This document shows positions 61,810 through 64,000 of a DNA stretch of 64,000 nt, one piece after another (position 1 is the stretch's first letter; each line of letters opens with the position of its first letter). A model generated the notes under the pieces. That model did no database searches, was not told the origin of the DNA, and was given only the letters and a program-made list of their open reading frames with translations. Location of the stretch: the NCBI GenBank assembly GCA_965644295.1, contig CBFFRP010000218.1, positions 248,001 to 312,000 on the forward strand. Direction: 5' to 3'. A program made the translations under genes and the position numbers. The DNA is from Paraphysomonas bandaiensis. Lineage: Eukaryota > Protista > Chrysophyceae.

Positions 61810-62624
61810 GAGGCCAGCGCATTCGTTGAACGTTTGTAAGAGCAGGATGTAGTTATAATATTTTACTACGTGTAATGTTACTGCTTTGCAGCATACGTCT
61901 AGTCTCTGTTGTATTTAAAATTCTTATTGACTGTTGGTTTAGCTCACTTCAGCTAGAATTGGTTATACTCTTGTAAAAAAGAAGTTGAAATCTTAATGAT
62001 TATTACGTTCTTGTAATTATGAGTCGAGTACGAGAAACACTTTCTTACACAAAGCTTTCTTAGACATCATGGCGTGTAGGGAAGTGTGAAATAATCACTT
62101 GTCACATCCTAAGTAACTGATCGTTAAAATATAATCTATATCTATTATCAGTTATTGTCATTAATTTATAGATTTATATTCTCTCTACTACCAATCAATA
62201 TTTTATCAGATCTCAGATAAACACGATCTGAAACGTATTTTTTTTATTAATTCATGTATTATAGTCTATGCTCTATGCCACAATGGTAATGCATGGCATT
62301 GATGGCCATTAATAGTAATGCCATTATAATTGCCGGGAACTGGACTACCATTAATGGGCCATTATTGGTTACCAGGCCCTGGACTATGCAGAGTGTGTAT
62401 AGTCTATAGTTGCTTTTATTCAACGGTAAATGTCTTAAATACAGCTTTAATTGCATAAAAATAGCAAAGCTTCACATTTTGTTGATTAACTAGGATGTAT
62501 AGATTTTCAATCTCGACACCTTATAGCATTTCTATGCAAGGTCATTTACTAACTAACTAACTGCGTCAATTTTGCTTGACTCTTAAAAAAATTTTTTTAG
62601 TGCAACTTTTAGCCAGATAGATAA

Positions 62625-63112
62625 AAAAGTCAGACTCGCACTTTTTCGCGGTGTTCTGGGGGATAAGTACCGGAGATATTATATATTCGGGAAATTAACG
62701 TGAGCCGCATATATGTAATCAGCAGATAGTGTTTTGCCCACTCATGGCCAGTAAATGTTTGTGCAGTACAAGATACACTACTAGTAAAAGTCATTTTTGT
62801 AGACGTCTTTGGGCCTTGACGAATAGACAAGCATCCGGAAATGGGCTTCACCTCAAGAGGATCAGGGGTATTGGGCTACCTGCTGAAAGGTAACCGGGGT
62901 ATTGTTGGGCTGCCCGCTGAAGTCAAGCATCGGGGCTAGTAGGTCACCTTAAGGTCAGAAAACAAAAGTGGTTGCACCTTGGTGGGATATCACTAGCGGG
63001 ATATCGTAGCGTTAACTAGCGGGATATCAGAGTTAAGCACTAGTTAGTTAAATTACTTTGCTACATTAGTTCTGACTCTTACACGCCTATTGCTACTAAT
63101 CAGACATTCACT
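62625..63112 (+). mobile_element. 5'-truncated copy of the same non-LTR retroelement family
   Basis: Collinear similarity to 49203-49696 (GACTCGCAC..GGTGTTCTGGGGGATAAG, GTAGACGTCTTTGGGCC, GCTGAAGTCAAGCATC, CAGACATTCAC). Confidence 0.75.
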
Positions 63113-64000
63113 ACTGATATGACTACAAAAACAAAGAGAAAAATTGAGTCATAAAGACAATAATTGATGATATTTGTTATTGTGGTTTTCGTATTATTAG
63201 TGAGGTCACACATCTAAACTCTAAACACAGCCGTAATTATGAGTATTATGATGTGAAAAGTTATTATATTATAATATTTCAAGGATCGAAATAGTAATAT
63301 CCTTACTCGCTAACATGATTCATTGAAAAGTAGAAGTCCGAACTTTAAGTCTTTTTAACCTATTACTAACCACAAGGCCTCTCAATTCAGCTTCTCAGCT
63401 CTCAGTCAGTTTAGCCTTTGAGTAGCAAGAAGAATCTCAAATATACATCGTCATCACAACCAGCTCTTCTTGGAGAAAGACATTATTTAAGAGAGAAGGG
63501 CGTAGGCACAGTGAGTAGAGGGTTTTGTAGCTGGTCATCATGTGAGCATGTATTGTAAAAAAAGTATAAGAAGAAACGTGGTATTCTCGCTGAAGTGATA
63601 TACCCTTAAAAACTGAAGAATATGCCGGTATACTTCGTAATCGCAAAGCTATTGTTTGTTGAGACCTGTTATTGAGTAGGATAACTACTTGACAATAATA
63701 TGATCTACTAGAAGCTATTACGACTATGATGTTTCATAAAAAACTCAATAACAATCCGCGACATTTATATTGCACTATTAAAATGACGTGAAATGTCAAT
63801 AAAAATATCAGGAGTAGAACTGCAAATGCCATTCATCGCGATGAGTATAGTGGTCATTTCAAGACATTCACATGTTCCAAAATGTGTGCTTCTCGATGTC
63901 TACAATGAATACAAGTCAAACATATTTACACTGCGCCTAATCATGCCTTCAACTTTTTATTGGATGAAATCGTATCCCCAAGACTTGGCGAAACGCTGCG

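Overview
Eukaryotic nuclear DNA, most likely a stramenopile (inferred from 40-55 bp GT-AG introns, an oomycete/diatom-type Crypton and copia). The first ~30 kb is a transposon-rich accessory block. It holds a recent Ty1/copia element (3757-9386; matching 258-bp LTRs, ATAAG TSD, non-canonical TA...TT ends, a 2-bp frameshift in the Gag zinc knuckle). Next are three head-to-tail 3384-bp copies (11351-21502) of a Crypton-type tyrosine-recombinase element, each carrying an 825-bp piece of the neighbouring copia gag that starts just before an internal AUG. This array sits between two divergent Cys-rich, Pro-repeat genes that share an inverted upstream motif. The block also has a 4-kb TA-flanked TIR element with mixed cargo, a Harbinger-type MITE, a decayed sister copia, LINE-like fragments and a mobile minisatellite. 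The rest is mostly housekeeping genes: PIP5K-like, Rab28, mitochondrial EF-Ts, GT34 glycosyltransferase, EF-hand/EML WD40 protein, TRAP-alpha and MED17-like. One stands out: a gene that appears to fuse an NZF zinc finger, a herpes-tegument-like (VTD) deubiquitinase, MIU-like motifs and an RBR E3 ligase. All comparisons were made by eye; no searches were run.
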